Source: an uncultured bacterium (GTDB lineage: Bacteria > Verrucomicrobiota > Verrucomicrobiia > Limisphaerales > UBA8199). Taken from it: DNA of 64,000 bases. The first letter of the stretch is position 1. The number at the start of each line of letters is the position of its first letter. Both the position numbers and the translations under genes were made by a program. The DNA is taken from contig CAVVMW010000016.1 of NCBI GenBank assembly GCA_963749495.1, positions 71,708-135,707 on the forward strand, in the 5' to 3' direction. Shown in pieces: positions 22,494 to 33,233 of this stretch. The notes beneath the pieces were generated by a model. It searched no databases. It was not told the origin of the DNA and was given only the letters and a program-made list of their open reading frames with translations.

Positions 22494-22657
22494 GCACACC
22501 GGCCTCGGTGCGCTCCTGGCAGAATGTCGCTCTTGCTCAAGGCGCTAATCTACCAACGGCCATCGGCCCAGACATGGAAAAGTTATTGCTGACCCCTTAC
22601 TCGAGCTTAGAGCCGCCCTGCCGTGGCCCGGTGGCCCGCAGAGGGTTCATTTTAGGC

Positions 22658-22685
22658 TTGATGTGGTGGTTCGGGGTAGTATAAT
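22658..22685 (+). promoter_or_regulatory. Putative sigma70 promoter
   Basis: TTGATG-N16-TATAAT about 60 bp before ATG 22748. Confidence 0.55.
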
Positions 22686-22747
22686 GCAATGACCGTACAG
22701 CGGACGGGGGGCTAGATTCCGCTACGGACAAGCTATCAGATAGAATT

Positions 22748-23811
22748 ATGCCAAAGTTTATTACAATCACACCAACTGGTGAACCGGGTCAGAAAGAGCC
22801 TGCCTGGGAGCGCTTTCGCGACGGTCGCTATGTTGCCATCGGATGGCTCAACGACACTGATCTCACCGGGAAGTCGCTCCAGGAAATCAGCAAGCTTGTG
22901 CATGACTATGAGCCCGAGTACGAGGAACAGGCGGTCATGGAGTTGAGGAGGTTCATTTTTGAGGTTAAGCCAGGGGACTACGTGGGAGTCAATAATGTCT
23001 CCGATGGCCTTTTTGGCGTCGGCGTCATCCAATCTGATTACAAGTTCCAGCTCCGAAAGCACGACCCAGGGGATGCCGATCCCGACAACCCCGGAGAATT
23101 CTTTTCCCACTATAGGGATGTGAAGTGGATCAAAACCGAATATATGCGCCGGACCTCTCTCGTTTGTGAGGGGGAGCCAAACTGGACACCGTACCGCGCA
23201 GTGGGCAAGGTTTTCGAAGAGTTACCCCCTTACATAGCTCGCCTAGTTGGGATTGCGCCCAGCACTGCAGCCTTGGAGACTGGGACCGTGCGCCCTGCGG
23301 AGTTTAAGCTCGTTATTGAGGCGATCGAAGTCCTGCGCAAGGAGCGCGAGCACAGGGAGCGGCTCACGAGTCGCTCGTCGAGGATTTTTTCGGCGCACTC
23401 GGGTACGCCAAACACAAGGACATCAAGTATCAACAGGGCCGGGTCGATATAAGGGTTGCATCGGGTGGCCGCACGCTCCTGATTGCCGAGGTCAAGGCTG
23501 CCTGGGGTCTGAGCTTCGACAATGGCATTGAGGCAATAGAGCAGGCGTACTGGTATGCGCACGAGGAAGGCGTCCGGTACGTCATCGTGACGAATGGTGA
23601 CACCTACATTGTCTTCGACAGGCTGAAGGGCCTGTCCTGGGAAAGCAACCTGCTTGGCGAGTTTCAACTCACGAAGCTCAACCAGGAGGATCTCGCGCTC
23701 ATCGACCGGCTACGCCCCGCCCGCCTGAGTTGGACCGACTTTGGCGAAGCACTGCGGCACGTCGCGGAGAGCTTCATGGACAAAGGACCAGCGGGTAGCT
23801 CATGTGGCTAA
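22748..23811 (+). CDS. Putative restriction endonuclease: Mrr/McrB-associated N-domain plus HsdR_N-type PD-(D/E)xK domain, frameshift near 23362
   Basis: WERFRDGRYVAIGW...VKPGDYV; after the shift GRVDI...IAEVKA...AIEQAYWYA...VTNGD. Confidence 0.7.
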
Positions 23812-23889
23812 CTGTGGCCGGCGGCTCTACCGTGGGGGCCGGCGGTGGCTGGTAGCGTGTCATCCGGATGGGGCATGCACGGTAGGGTC

Positions 23890-24000
23890 GCGGGTATTCG
23901 CCAAAGGTGTGCAGCGTCATGGCAACGCCGGGCGAGCCGTGGGGGCGGCCCAGAGCCGTGCGGACGTATCCGGTGAGGCTCTCGTGGGCCAGGGTCCGGA
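23890..24000 (-). pseudogene. IS91/Y2-type transposase fragment
   Basis: SPGVAMTLHTFGEY resembles the motif preceding the HUH of Y2 transposases. Confidence 0.45.
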
Positions 24001-24099
24001 AGCCATGGGAGGTGCGCCTGCGCTTTGCCGAAGAGGTGGCCAGATACATCCGGGAACGGGTGTGACATTCGAGCCAGCAACTGCGCGAGCGGCAGGACG

Positions 24100-24215
24100 G
24101 GCGCTTGGAAATCCGGCTGGAAACTTCCGGGCGCGGGGAGTTGACGCGGTGGATTCTCTCCTGGATGCCGAGCGCCAAGGCGTTGGCGCCGCCCCAACAC
24201 AGGGAGCGTGTCAAG
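24100..24215 (+). pseudogene. WYL regulator C-terminal (WCX) fragment
   Basis: LEIRLETSGRGELTRWILSWMPSAKALAPPQHRERV. Confidence 0.6.
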
Positions 24216-24261
24216 CACAGGCCGAGGCAAGGTTTGGCGACTGCGAAGTGGCTAGGCGAAA

Positions 24262-24370
24262 TCAACCCAATTATTGCGATGATCGTGCCGCCATACCCGG
24301 CGTTCACTTCCACCTCGACCGGATACGCTTCGATGCTGTTGACGGCCGCCGAACAGACCTTGGCCAACAT
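24262..24370 (-). pseudogene. comM: comM/YifB fragment 1 (N-terminus)
   Basis: MLAKVCSAAVNSIEAYPVEVEVNAG is the canonical ComM start. Confidence 0.85.
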
Positions 24371-24582
24371 GCGAAATTATGGCGCAGACGGGAACAAAGG
24401 TCACTCCGGTTTTTTCAGAACCAACGCTGGTGACGCCGATGGCCGCGTTTGCCGTGCAACTTCCGACAGACAATGGCCTCGTGCATTTCGAGGCGGCGGA
24501 ATAGCCCGCAGGGGAAACGGCGCGCGCCCTCGGCTCCCACCGGGCGCTTGCTGTTCTCGCCTCCGCAGTGTAGCCTTTGACC

Positions 24583-24774
24583 ATGAAAACGCGGCCATTC
24601 ACTTACTGGCAGGATGGAGACGCCTGGCTGGGCTATCTGGATGATTTCCCCGACTACCTCACGCAAGGCGAGTCATTCGAGGATTTGAAGGCGCACCTTG
24701 CGAGTCTGTATGAAGACCTCGTGAGCGGCGAGATTCCGTGCGTGAGGCATCGCGGGGAGTTGGAGGTGGCGTGA
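24583..24774 (+). CDS. hicB: HicB-family antitoxin
   Basis: WLGYLDDFPDYLTQGESFEDLKAHL. Confidence 0.85.
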   Translation: MKTRPFTYWQDGDAWLGYLDDFPDYLTQGESFEDLKAHLASLYEDLVSGEIPCVRHRGELEVA

Positions 24775-24950
24775 AGCGGCTCGATCTGCTTAAGAAGATC
24801 GAATTGACCGGTTGTGTGTTCATTCGCCACGGAGGCAAACATGATTGGTATCAGAACTCCGTCACAAAGGTTTCGCAACCCGTGCCTCGTCATCGGGAGA
24901 TCAAGGAGCATTTAGCCAGGCACATATTGAAGATGCTGGGCGATCAGTAA
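24771..24950 (+). CDS. hicA: HicA-family toxin
   Basis: FIRHGGKHDWY...PVPRHREI; GTGA overlap with hicB. Confidence 0.9.
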   Translation: MKRLDLLKKIELTGCVFIRHGGKHDWYQNSVTKVSQPVPRHREIKEHLARHILKMLGDQ

Positions 24951-25109
24951 CGGGCTCGATCTGGATCTGCTCGCTGGCGGCCAGATTGGGCGGTGTCTTA
25001 GAAGCGGCTGCGGAATTAACCGCAAAGATCGCAAAGAAAGGCCTTCATTCCAGGTTCTTTGTGTTCTCTGCGATCTTTGCGGTTAATCTCGTCACTGCCT
25101 CCCAATAAA

Positions 25110-27590
25110 TCACTGGATCTTCGTTATGCCCAATCCCAGCAAGGGCAGCAGGTCTCTGCTCTCGGACGGCCCATAGTTGAAGATGACAAAGCCATGGGTA
25201 TTGTGCCGGCGGCTGAGGTTGATTTGATCGATGACGCGGTCCACGCCAAAGTGCGAGGTGGAGGCGCTCACGCCGATGCCGGGATAGCAGGGCGTCCGGC
25301 CGGCCCATTGGACTTGCCTGGCCACCATGTTCTCGAAGCTGCCGTTGAGCGGGGTGTAATCCATCGGGCAGACAAAGTCCAGGTAGCCCTTTTCACACCA
25401 CAGCTTCCAGTCCTGCCCGATACTGTCGCGGTCGGTCGTCCAGTTGGGGAAAACCGCCGCCGAGAGCTTGACAGCGGGTTTGATAGCGCGGGCCTGCTCG
25501 CTCACGGCCCGGACGACGGTTGTGATATTGCCGCGCCGCCAATCGAGCCAGGCCTGGCGAAGCGGGCCATCGGCCAGCACATCCTGGGGCCAATGCTGGA
25601 CCGCCACTTTACGGGCGCTCTGGAACCGCTCCTTGCAGCCCGCGCAGTAGCAGTGGTCCGCGTCAGGATAGCGGATGTAATCGAAGTGGATGCCATCCAC
25701 GTCGTAGTTGCGGACGACTTCAACCAGGGACTCGACCTCGAGCTTCTGGTTCTCAGGGTTCGACGGACAGAGCCACGGCTCCTCCTTGCCCTGCGCGTTG
25801 GCCTGCAAACGGCCCTCGACCCGCATCCGGTCCACAAACTCTTTCGGGGCCGCCGAGCCCAGGTTCCAGTTCACCTTCCAGACGTGCACCCGGAGGCCGT
25901 ATTTGCGGCACGCAGCCAGGCATTGGGCGAGTTGGTCGCCCCGGCTCGCCACTTGGGAGGACACCGGCAGGACCTTGCTCTGGTAGAACGCCGCGCCGCC
26001 CCAGAGCATGTTGGGCAGGATGGCGGTAAACCCGTTTTGGGCCAACCGGCGGATGGCTTCATCCCACTCCATGCCCGAGACTCCAAATGCGCTGTGGCAC
26101 CAAAACGCGCGGAATTCCCCCGGCTCAGGCCGCTGTGCCTGACAGAAGGCCTCCTTGACCTTCCGGTCTGCGGCGGCGGCCTGGTCCAGGGCCTGGGCAA
26201 ACTCGAGCCGGGACGCCAACTCGCGGGCAGACTCGCGCAGCACGCGGGCCGAGCCAAGAGTCGCCATCACGCGCGGGTCCTCCCCGCTCAACCGGGCAAT
26301 CCGGCTGGAGGCCTCCTCGCAGCTCTTGAAGTTCTCAATCAACCCTATCCGGGCGATGGCGGCCTCGGCCGCCTGGGACCAAATCTCCGGCACGAGTGAA
26401 CCGGCCATAGCCAGCACCATGCGGCCCTTGTTCGCAGCATCGTCTGGCAGGAGCACGTGTGTCATCACCAGGAAGTTGGACCCGCCAAGCACGGCCGGGT
26501 AACCGGTGGGCCGGTTCTTGTCGTCCAGCCACTCGGCCAGCACGCGGGTGGCGCCGGGCACGGGCTCCAGTGCGTTGATATTCCAGGACCGTTGGCCCAC
26601 CACCGCCGGCGCTCCCGGCACCGCGCCCTCCCCAAAGCGAATCGCAGAAAACCGGCCGGGGGGCTGCGCCCGGACGGGCTTGCCGCCTTCCATCCGCAAA
26701 ACGGGCCGAAGCCTCTCGGGAACGGTATAGAAGGCCAGCAGTTTGCCGCCGCGGGCCAAGTGCTGGATTAAGTGGTCAGCCGTCGAATCGGGCATGGACG
26801 GATTGTGGGGCAGGATGACCAGCTTGGCGGGCTTCAGTCGTTCCGGCGTCGTCTCCAGGTCACTCAGGACCGCGCAGCCAACGCCCAGCGCGCGCAGGGT
26901 TTCAGCCACTCTCCCGGCATATTCCTCCGCGTTACGCCGCTCCTCGGGCTGGCTCCGGGCAACCGACTCCGCCCGGAGGATAGCAACCAGGGCATCCGCC
27001 CCCAGGGCGCCGGCCTGGCGGATGTCACTCAGGTAAAACTCGGTGTTCACATCCTTGCCCCGCCACGCTGAAATGCGGATCGTCCTGATTTGCCCCCAAC
27101 CAGCGGGCCTGCCCTCGGTCCCCGTGTCGGTCTTGTCGATAAGGATCGTATTCCATTCCGTCGAGGATTCCGGGAAAAAGGTCGCATGGTACCAACCCTC
27201 GCCGCTCTGGAAATAGATGCTGAAGTACGAGACCGGCGAGGCATCGCGGCAGAGAATCTTGAACTGAATGCCCCGGGATGAGGCAAGGTCGAGTTTGACT
27301 TTCCGGTCCCAGGACGCCCGCTCGGCGGTCGAATCCTTGAAGCTGCACGGCAGGCGCAGGACCTCGATGCCGCCGACCACAGCCGCCGAGGCAGGCCCGG
27401 TGCCGCGCATCGGCTCCCATGCCGCCTGTGCCGCGGCATTATCTGCGTACTGACAGGCGTCAATCGTTGCCGCGGGGCTGGGAGGTCCGGGCTGGGCACC
27501 TTCCGCCGAGTTCATGAATTGCCCTCCCTCGGCGGCGTTCAGCCACGCCGCCAGGAGGCTCAAGAGAAACCAGGCTCGAAGAACACTCAT
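25110..27590 (-). CDS. Secreted GHL10 (DUF187/YddW-like) glycoside hydrolase with N-terminal CBM-like domain
   Basis: EFRAFW, YDVDGIHFDYIRYP, QDWKLW..GYLDFVCPMDY. Confidence 0.85.
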   Translation of the reverse strand: MSVLRAWFLLSLLAAWLNAAEGGQFMNSAEGAQPGPPSPAATIDACQYADNAAAQAAWEPMRGTGPASAAVVGGIEVLRLPCSFKDSTAERASWDRKVKLDLASSRGIQFKILCRDASPVSYFSIYFQSGEGWYHATFFPESSTEWNTILIDKTDTGTEGRPAGWGQIRTIRISAWRGKDVNTEFYLSDIRQAGALGADALVAILRAESVARSQPEERRNAEEYAGRVAETLRALGVGCAVLSDLETTPERLKPAKLVILPHNPSMPDSTADHLIQHLARGGKLLAFYTVPERLRPVLRMEGGKPVRAQPPGRFSAIRFGEGAVPGAPAVVGQRSWNINALEPVPGATRVLAEWLDDKNRPTGYPAVLGGSNFLVMTHVLLPDDAANKGRMVLAMAGSLVPEIWSQAAEAAIARIGLIENFKSCEEASSRIARLSGEDPRVMATLGSARVLRESARELASRLEFAQALDQAAAADRKVKEAFCQAQRPEPGEFRAFWCHSAFGVSGMEWDEAIRRLAQNGFTAILPNMLWGGAAFYQSKVLPVSSQVASRGDQLAQCLAACRKYGLRVHVWKVNWNLGSAAPKEFVDRMRVEGRLQANAQGKEEPWLCPSNPENQKLEVESLVEVVRNYDVDGIHFDYIRYPDADHCYCAGCKERFQSARKVAVQHWPQDVLADGPLRQAWLDWRRGNITTVVRAVSEQARAIKPAVKLSAAVFPNWTTDRDSIGQDWKLWCEKGYLDFVCPMDYTPLNGSFENMVARQVQWAGRTPCYPGIGVSASTSHFGVDRVIDQINLSRRHNTHGFVIFNYGPSESRDLLPLLGLGITKIQ

Positions 27591-27893
27591 GAAGCGAGGC
27601 TAAATGGTTTTCCCTCCGAGTCGAGCCTTTTGCTGCGGATTGAGTTCAACCATTTTTTAAGACGGAATAGACGGAATACACGGGAAAGGGCCTTCTTTCC
27701 GTGTGTTCCGTGTGTTCCGTGGTTTCTTTACTTTTTCTGGATTGGCACGGAAGCTGAGGAGGCTTGATTCAACTGCCTGGCGTTGCGGGTTCGGGTCCAG
27801 GCGTGGTTTTGGGTGCCGGATTGCGGATAACCTGTGAACAGGCGTGGATAAGTCGGCGTTGATTTTGAAACCGGCATCATATCATGATGGGCT

Positions 27894-28472
27894 ATGAATT
27901 GGGTTGGCATAGGCGAGGGCGGCGCGGCTGGCGCGGAGCGGCTGGCGTTGAATGTGGTGGAGGTTTACCAGGACCCTGAGTTAGGGCTGAGGGCCAGGCA
28001 GACACTCGAACAGATCGTGCGGCGGCTCGAGGCGGATGCCGAGGTGCAGGTAAGTGTTTGGGACTTCGATGTGTTGCGCGAGCGCACACTGCGCCAACGG
28101 GCGGCGACGCAAGCGGCAGAGGCAGACATCGTGATCGTGGCCATGCACGGCCAAGGTGAACTTCCCCCGAGCGTCAACTCGTTTTTCGAGTGGTGGTTTG
28201 GACTCAAAGGCCCCGAGCCCTGCGCGTTGGTGCTGTCACTCGACGAGGCCGCCGAAGGCAGGCCGGGCGCGGCTCAAATGGTAGAGACGTTGCGCGCTGC
28301 AGCCCGGCTTGCGGGTGTGGAGGTGTTTCTGCACCTGGGGGACGCGCGGGCGGAGGTGGAGTCCGCCATCGAAAACATCCAGGGCCGCGCAGAAACCAGG
28401 ACGAGGGTGTTGGACGAGATTCTGCACCGGGCCGAACGGTTTCCGTTCGGTGCGTGGGGCATCAACGAGTGA
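27894..28472 (+). CDS. Hypothetical protein
   Basis: 192 aa ORF with protein-like composition. Confidence 0.65.
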   Translation: MNWVGIGEGGAAGAERLALNVVEVYQDPELGLRARQTLEQIVRRLEADAEVQVSVWDFDVLRERTLRQRAATQAAEADIVIVAMHGQGELPPSVNSFFEWWFGLKGPEPCALVLSLDEAAEGRPGAAQMVETLRAAARLAGVEVFLHLGDARAEVESAIENIQGRAETRTRVLDEILHRAERFPFGAWGINE

Positions 28473-28501
28473 CGGCCTGGATGAGGCGGTGAGAGCCAGC
28501 T

Positions 28502-28750
28502 TGGGACGCCAACGGCGTCATTCATACCAGCCCAAGGCAACGCCCTGGGTTCATCGGCCAAAGATCATTCTGAGCGCTGAAGGCGCGGCTCATCGTGCTG
28601 AGGGATTGTTGTAGCGGCCCGGCGATGTCCGGTTGAGGTGTCCGCAGCCACCGATCCCTATGAGGCAGGCCGTTGGCCTGCCACAGAATTAAACTGCACG
28701 GAAACCCAGGGCTTCGCCCTGGGCTGGTATGAGCCAGGCCTTTGGCCTGA
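28502..28750. repeat. REP-like palindromic element, family C
   Basis: CATACCAGCCCAAGGCAACGCCCTGGG ... CCCAGGGCTTCGCCCTGGGCTGGTATG inverted pair. Confidence 0.7.
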
Positions 28751-28875
28751 AGGCAATTGATACGATGAGTTCCGTTCAATGAGTGAGGCCGACAACGTGG
28801 GTAAAGACAAGGACTGGAAGTCCACGGCTGCCGTCAAACACCGCTACGCGGTGGGGAGCCGTTTGGGCCCACTTT

Positions 28876-30225
28876 TCAAATCACCTTGGTCTGTCCCGGC
28901 ATGGCGACGGTGTATTTGCCGTCAGGGCCGGGCACTGCGGGGGCGTTGCCGTCCCAGGTGCAGTTTTCAAGGCCAGGGGCCAGTTCGATCTCGGAGGCCA
29001 TGGCCTCAGTCCAAGTGATCAGTCCTCCTGACTCGCAGGCCATGCGGCCCATGATGGCGGTGAAGCAGGACTTGGCGCAACGCTCGGTCTCGTTGTAGGG
29101 CTTGTCGTTGCGGATGGCGTCGAAGAGCAGGTCGTGCTCGTACTGGTAATGGTCCCAGGCCGGGCCTTTGTAACGCCAGACCATGTTCTCGGGAGTCTGC
29201 TTGTGGCCCTTGAAGAGCCTCGGGTCGGGCTGGCCCTCGCCCAGGACGCCCGAGCCCGTGGCGCCATGGATGATGTCGCCGAAGAAATCCCAGCAGTTGT
29301 TCATGTGCCGTCCCTGGGCGAAGAGGCGTGTGCCATCGGCAAAGCTGTATTCGGCGCCGTAGTGATCGAAGAGTTGGTCCCGGTCCTGGCGCACCTGGCG
29401 TCCGCCCATGCCCTGGACCGATACCGGCCAGTCGTTCTTGACCCAGCAGCAGACATCGATGTTGTGGATGAGCCAGTCCACGATGAAGCTGCCGTTGAGC
29501 CAGGTGAAGCAACTGTAATTGGCGATCTGGTGGGCTAGTTCGCTCATCCCGGGCTGCTTGGCGGCCAGGCCCACGGGGCCGTGCACCCGGTAGGCCCAAC
29601 AGGTAATCACTTCCCCGATTTGGCCGTCGTGAATCCGGGCAACGGCCTCTTCGAGCGGCCGGTAGTGCCGGCTCATGAGGCCCCCGGCCACCTTGAGGTT
29701 CTTCTCCTTGGCCAGTTCGCCCGTTCTGAGCACGCGCCGGATGCCGGACGCATCCACGGCGAAGGATTTCTCCATGAACACGTTGATTCCTTTTTCCACG
29801 GCGTAGGCATAATGAATCGGACGGAAGGCCGGCGGTGTGGCCAGCAACACCACGTCTCCTTTGTCCAGCGAATCAATGGCCTTCTTGTAGCCATCCAGGC
29901 CGAGGAACTGCCGTTCCGGGGGCACCTCGACCTGGTTCTCACGGTTCTTGCGGACGCCGCCCAGGCTGCTCTGAAGCCGGTGCTCGAAGACGTTGGCCAT
30001 CGCCCAGAGCTTGGTGGGGCCTTTAGTGGAGAGCGCCTGGGCGGCGGCGCCGGAGCCCCGGCCACCGCACCCGACCAGGGCGATCTTGATGGTGTTGTTT
30101 TCGGCAGCGTAGCCCGGCCGCGCCACGGCGCCGGCCAGGGCGGCGCCGGCCACGACGGCGCTGGAGGTCTTGAGAAACTCACGCCGTGTGGTGCGGCCCG
30201 AGGGAGCAGGATTTGAAGTGTTCAT
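28876..30225 (-). CDS. Tat-exported Gfo/Idh/MocA oxidoreductase
   Basis: TTRREFLK, IALVGCGGRG, ATPPAFRP, FMEKS, IHNID. Confidence 0.9.
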   Translation of the reverse strand: MNTSNPAPSGRTTRREFLKTSSAVVAGAALAGAVARPGYAAENNTIKIALVGCGGRGSGAAAQALSTKGPTKLWAMANVFEHRLQSSLGGVRKNRENQVEVPPERQFLGLDGYKKAIDSLDKGDVVLLATPPAFRPIHYAYAVEKGINVFMEKSFAVDASGIRRVLRTGELAKEKNLKVAGGLMSRHYRPLEEAVARIHDGQIGEVITCWAYRVHGPVGLAAKQPGMSELAHQIANYSCFTWLNGSFIVDWLIHNIDVCCWVKNDWPVSVQGMGGRQVRQDRDQLFDHYGAEYSFADGTRLFAQGRHMNNCWDFFGDIIHGATGSGVLGEGQPDPRLFKGHKQTPENMVWRYKGPAWDHYQYEHDLLFDAIRNDKPYNETERCAKSCFTAIMGRMACESGGLITWTEAMASEIELAPGLENCTWDGNAPAVPGPDGKYTVAMPGQTKVI

Positions 30226-30403
30226 GCGTGTTCGATTGGATTCCTTATTGCAGGTTTGCCCCGCCCTGTCAACGACCATCCAGGGCAGAATGATTGAGGC
30301 CTGAGTGGAGGCAGGATCATTGTTGGCAAAATCATGCGGAAAAGATTTGCCTCCTGCGCTTGAAAAAGGGCACCCTGTGGCTTAAGGACTCTTGACGAAT
30401 CCT

Positions 30404-31441
30404 ATGAAAGACGAGAACACCTTTGAACTAGAACGGGCTGCTCAGGGCCGCCGGGTTGGAGAGCAGCCTGTGGAATGCAGATGCAGGGCTGCGCTCCTGC
30501 GCCGCCTCGGCGCCGGGGCGGCGGCGCTGTTACTGGGCGCGACGAGCGTCCCGCCCCTCCTGGCCTCCGAGAACGTCCCGCACCGGCCGTTTGCCCTCTG
30601 GGCCGACGTGCCGGACCCCGGCCAGTTTGTGGCCGGGCTGGTCTATGAGGAATCCGAGGCCTACCACATTTGGGCCAAACGCGACTTCCGCAACATCACC
30701 GTTCATTCCGGGGGCGAGAGCTACGGCATCGATATCAACCAGGGCTATATCCCCCTCCAATACGGCATCACCAAGAGGTGGGCGGCCGACTTCAACATCG
30801 GCGCCACAACGGCGGCCTGGCGCAGGTTCGACCCGAATCAGAGCGCCCAATCCACCACCGGGCTCATGGACTGGTCGTTCGGCATCCGCTACCAGATTTT
30901 CAATGAAACCAATGCGCAGCCCACGTGGCTGCCCGCCTCATGGGTGCCCACCCTGACGTTCCGCGCCGGGGCCGTTTTGCCCGGCAGCTACAACCAGGAC
31001 TTCGTCTTCGCTCCCGGCGTCCGCGCCGCCGCCATCGAGCCCAATCTCCTGCTCCGCAAACACGTGGGCTGGCCCGGCCTGGGCGTCTATGCCGACGGCC
31101 TCTATCGCTGGAACCGTACGACCGGCAACGACCAGTACATCACCGCCATCGGCCTCTTCCAGCAGTTCAGGCGATGGGAAGTCGATGTCGGCTACCGCCA
31201 CCTGCAGACCATCTCCGGCGGCGACATCGCTTATGACCCTGCCGACCCGTCCGGCATCACCTACCCGCGCGACGCGCGCGAGCTCAACGATGCCATCGAG
31301 GCCGGGTTCAGCTACACCACCTCCAAACACCATATCCGCTATGGCTTCCAATCCCGCACCATCCTCGATGGCAGCAACACCGACCAGAAATTCTGGGTCG
31401 GGGGCTCGGTCGATATCCCCTTCGGCGGCAGGCGCGACTGA
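30404..31441 (+). CDS. Putative outer-membrane beta-barrel protein
   Basis: Signal-like N-terminus, alternating aromatic beta strands, ends GGSVDIPF. Confidence 0.55.
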   Translation: MKDENTFELERAAQGRRVGEQPVECRCRAALLRRLGAGAAALLLGATSVPPLLASENVPHRPFALWADVPDPGQFVAGLVYEESEAYHIWAKRDFRNITVHSGGESYGIDINQGYIPLQYGITKRWAADFNIGATTAAWRRFDPNQSAQSTTGLMDWSFGIRYQIFNETNAQPTWLPASWVPTLTFRAGAVLPGSYNQDFVFAPGVRAAAIEPNLLLRKHVGWPGLGVYADGLYRWNRTTGNDQYITAIGLFQQFRRWEVDVGYRHLQTISGGDIAYDPADPSGITYPRDARELNDAIEAGFSYTTSKHHIRYGFQSRTILDGSNTDQKFWVGGSVDIPFGGRRD

Positions 31442-31753
31442 GGGAACGGGAGGGACGAGGCGCGAGGGCGGCAAGCGCGGGCCGCTCGCCCCCCCCGAAA
31501 TCCGAACTCCGAAATCCGAACCAGGCAGAAAAATGGGGGCAGAAAGATAAGACAAAAACTTATTTTTCTGCCCCCATTTTTCTGCCAAATCCACACTCCA
31601 AATTCTGCCGGGCGGAGGAGTTTTGAACATTTCTCTTTTGAATTTTGAATTTGTTTCGGATTTCGGATTTCGGATTTATGTTTTGAGCCCTCGTCCCGCC
31701 TTTACAGATGGTTTTTATTGCGGTCGTGCGGCGCTGCCTTATCATGGGAGGCG

Positions 31754-33148
31754 ATGTTTTCGCGAATTCAATCGGTTCATTTCGTTGGCATCGGCGGCAC
31801 CGCCATGGCCTCGGTCGCGGCGGCCATGCAGGAAAAAGGGGTCCGGGTGACCGGCTCCGACCAGAATCTCTATCCGCCGATGTCCACGTTCCTGGCGGAG
31901 CGGCAGATCGAAGTGATGGCCGGTTACGCCGAGCCAAATCTCGCGCACAAGCCGGACCTGGTTGTCATCGGCAACGCCATCTCGCGCGGGAACCCGGAGG
32001 CCGAGTATGTGCTGGACCACAAGCTGCGCTACTGCTCGCTGCCGGAGTTGCTCAAGGAGTTCTTCATTCGAGGAAAACGTTCCCTGGTGGTCACGGGCAC
32101 CCACGGCAAGACCACGACAACCTCGCTCCTGGCCTGGGTGTTCGAGCACAACGGCCTCCACCCCAGCTACCTGATCGGCGGCCTGCCCAACAACCTGGGC
32201 CAGGGCGCCCGCTTCACCGACGGCGATTGGTTCATCATCGAGGGCGACGAATACGACACCGCCTTCTTCGATAAGCGGAGTAAGTTCGTCCACTACCTGC
32301 CTGAGGTGGCTGTCATCAACAACATCGAGTTCGACCATGCGGACATCTTCCCCAACCTCGAGGCCATCCGGACCTCGTTCCGGCATTTCACCCGCCTGGT
32401 GCCCCGCAACGGCCTGCTCCTGGGCAACGGGGATGATTGGAACCTCGCCCCGCTGCTCGAAGTGACTCATTGCCCGGTCAAGCGCTTCGGCCTGGGCGAG
32501 GGCAATGCCGTCCAGGCCTTCAACATCCGTTACGGACCCACCGCGACCGAGTTCGAAATCCCCAGCTTCAAGTTCCACACCAACCTCATCGGCGAGTTCA
32601 ACGTCCGCAACGCCCTGGCCGTCATCGCCTGCGCCAAACATTGCGGCCTCAAAAACCACCAGATCCAATCCGCCTTTGACACCTTCAAAGGGGTCAAGCG
32701 CCGCATGGAGGTGTGCGGCATCGCCGGCGGCGTCACGGTCCTGGACGACTTCGGCCATCACCCGACGGCCATGCGCGAGACCTTGCGCGCCCTGCGCTTG
32801 CGCTACCCGCACCAGAAAGTCTGGGCCGTCTTCGAGCCGCGCACCAACACCACGCGCCGCAACGTCTTCCAGGCCGAATTGGCCGGCGCCTTTGACGATG
32901 CCGACGCGGTCGTAATCTCGGCGGTGGCGCGCCTGGAACTGCTGGCCCCCGAGGAGCGGCTGGACCCGGAGCGGCTCATTGGGGACTTGAAAACCGTCGG
33001 CAAAGACGCCGCCTACCTGCCCGACGTCGATGCCATCATCGCGCACCTGGCCAAATCAGCCCAGGGCGGCGACGTGGTCGTGGTCTTCAGCAACGGCGGC
33101 TTCGGCGGCATCCACGGCAAGTTGCTCCAGCGCCTGGCGCATGTGTAG
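31754..33148 (+). CDS. mpl: Murein peptide ligase
   Basis: GIGGTAMAS, GTHGKTTT, EGDEYDTAFFDKRSKFVHY, EFDHADIF, DDFGHHPTA, SNGGFGGIH. Confidence 0.95.
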   Translation: MFSRIQSVHFVGIGGTAMASVAAAMQEKGVRVTGSDQNLYPPMSTFLAERQIEVMAGYAEPNLAHKPDLVVIGNAISRGNPEAEYVLDHKLRYCSLPELLKEFFIRGKRSLVVTGTHGKTTTTSLLAWVFEHNGLHPSYLIGGLPNNLGQGARFTDGDWFIIEGDEYDTAFFDKRSKFVHYLPEVAVINNIEFDHADIFPNLEAIRTSFRHFTRLVPRNGLLLGNGDDWNLAPLLEVTHCPVKRFGLGEGNAVQAFNIRYGPTATEFEIPSFKFHTNLIGEFNVRNALAVIACAKHCGLKNHQIQSAFDTFKGVKRRMEVCGIAGGVTVLDDFGHHPTAMRETLRALRLRYPHQKVWAVFEPRTNTTRRNVFQAELAGAFDDADAVVISAVARLELLAPEERLDPERLIGDLKTVGKDAAYLPDVDAIIAHLAKSAQGGDVVVVFSNGGFGGIHGKLLQRLAHV

Positions 33149-33233
33149 TTCGCCCAACGCCTCATGGCAGCTCGGTCTGACCCGTCAGACGAGTCTGACC
33201 GGTCCGACTAGTCCGGCTTCCGAGCACCGTTCT

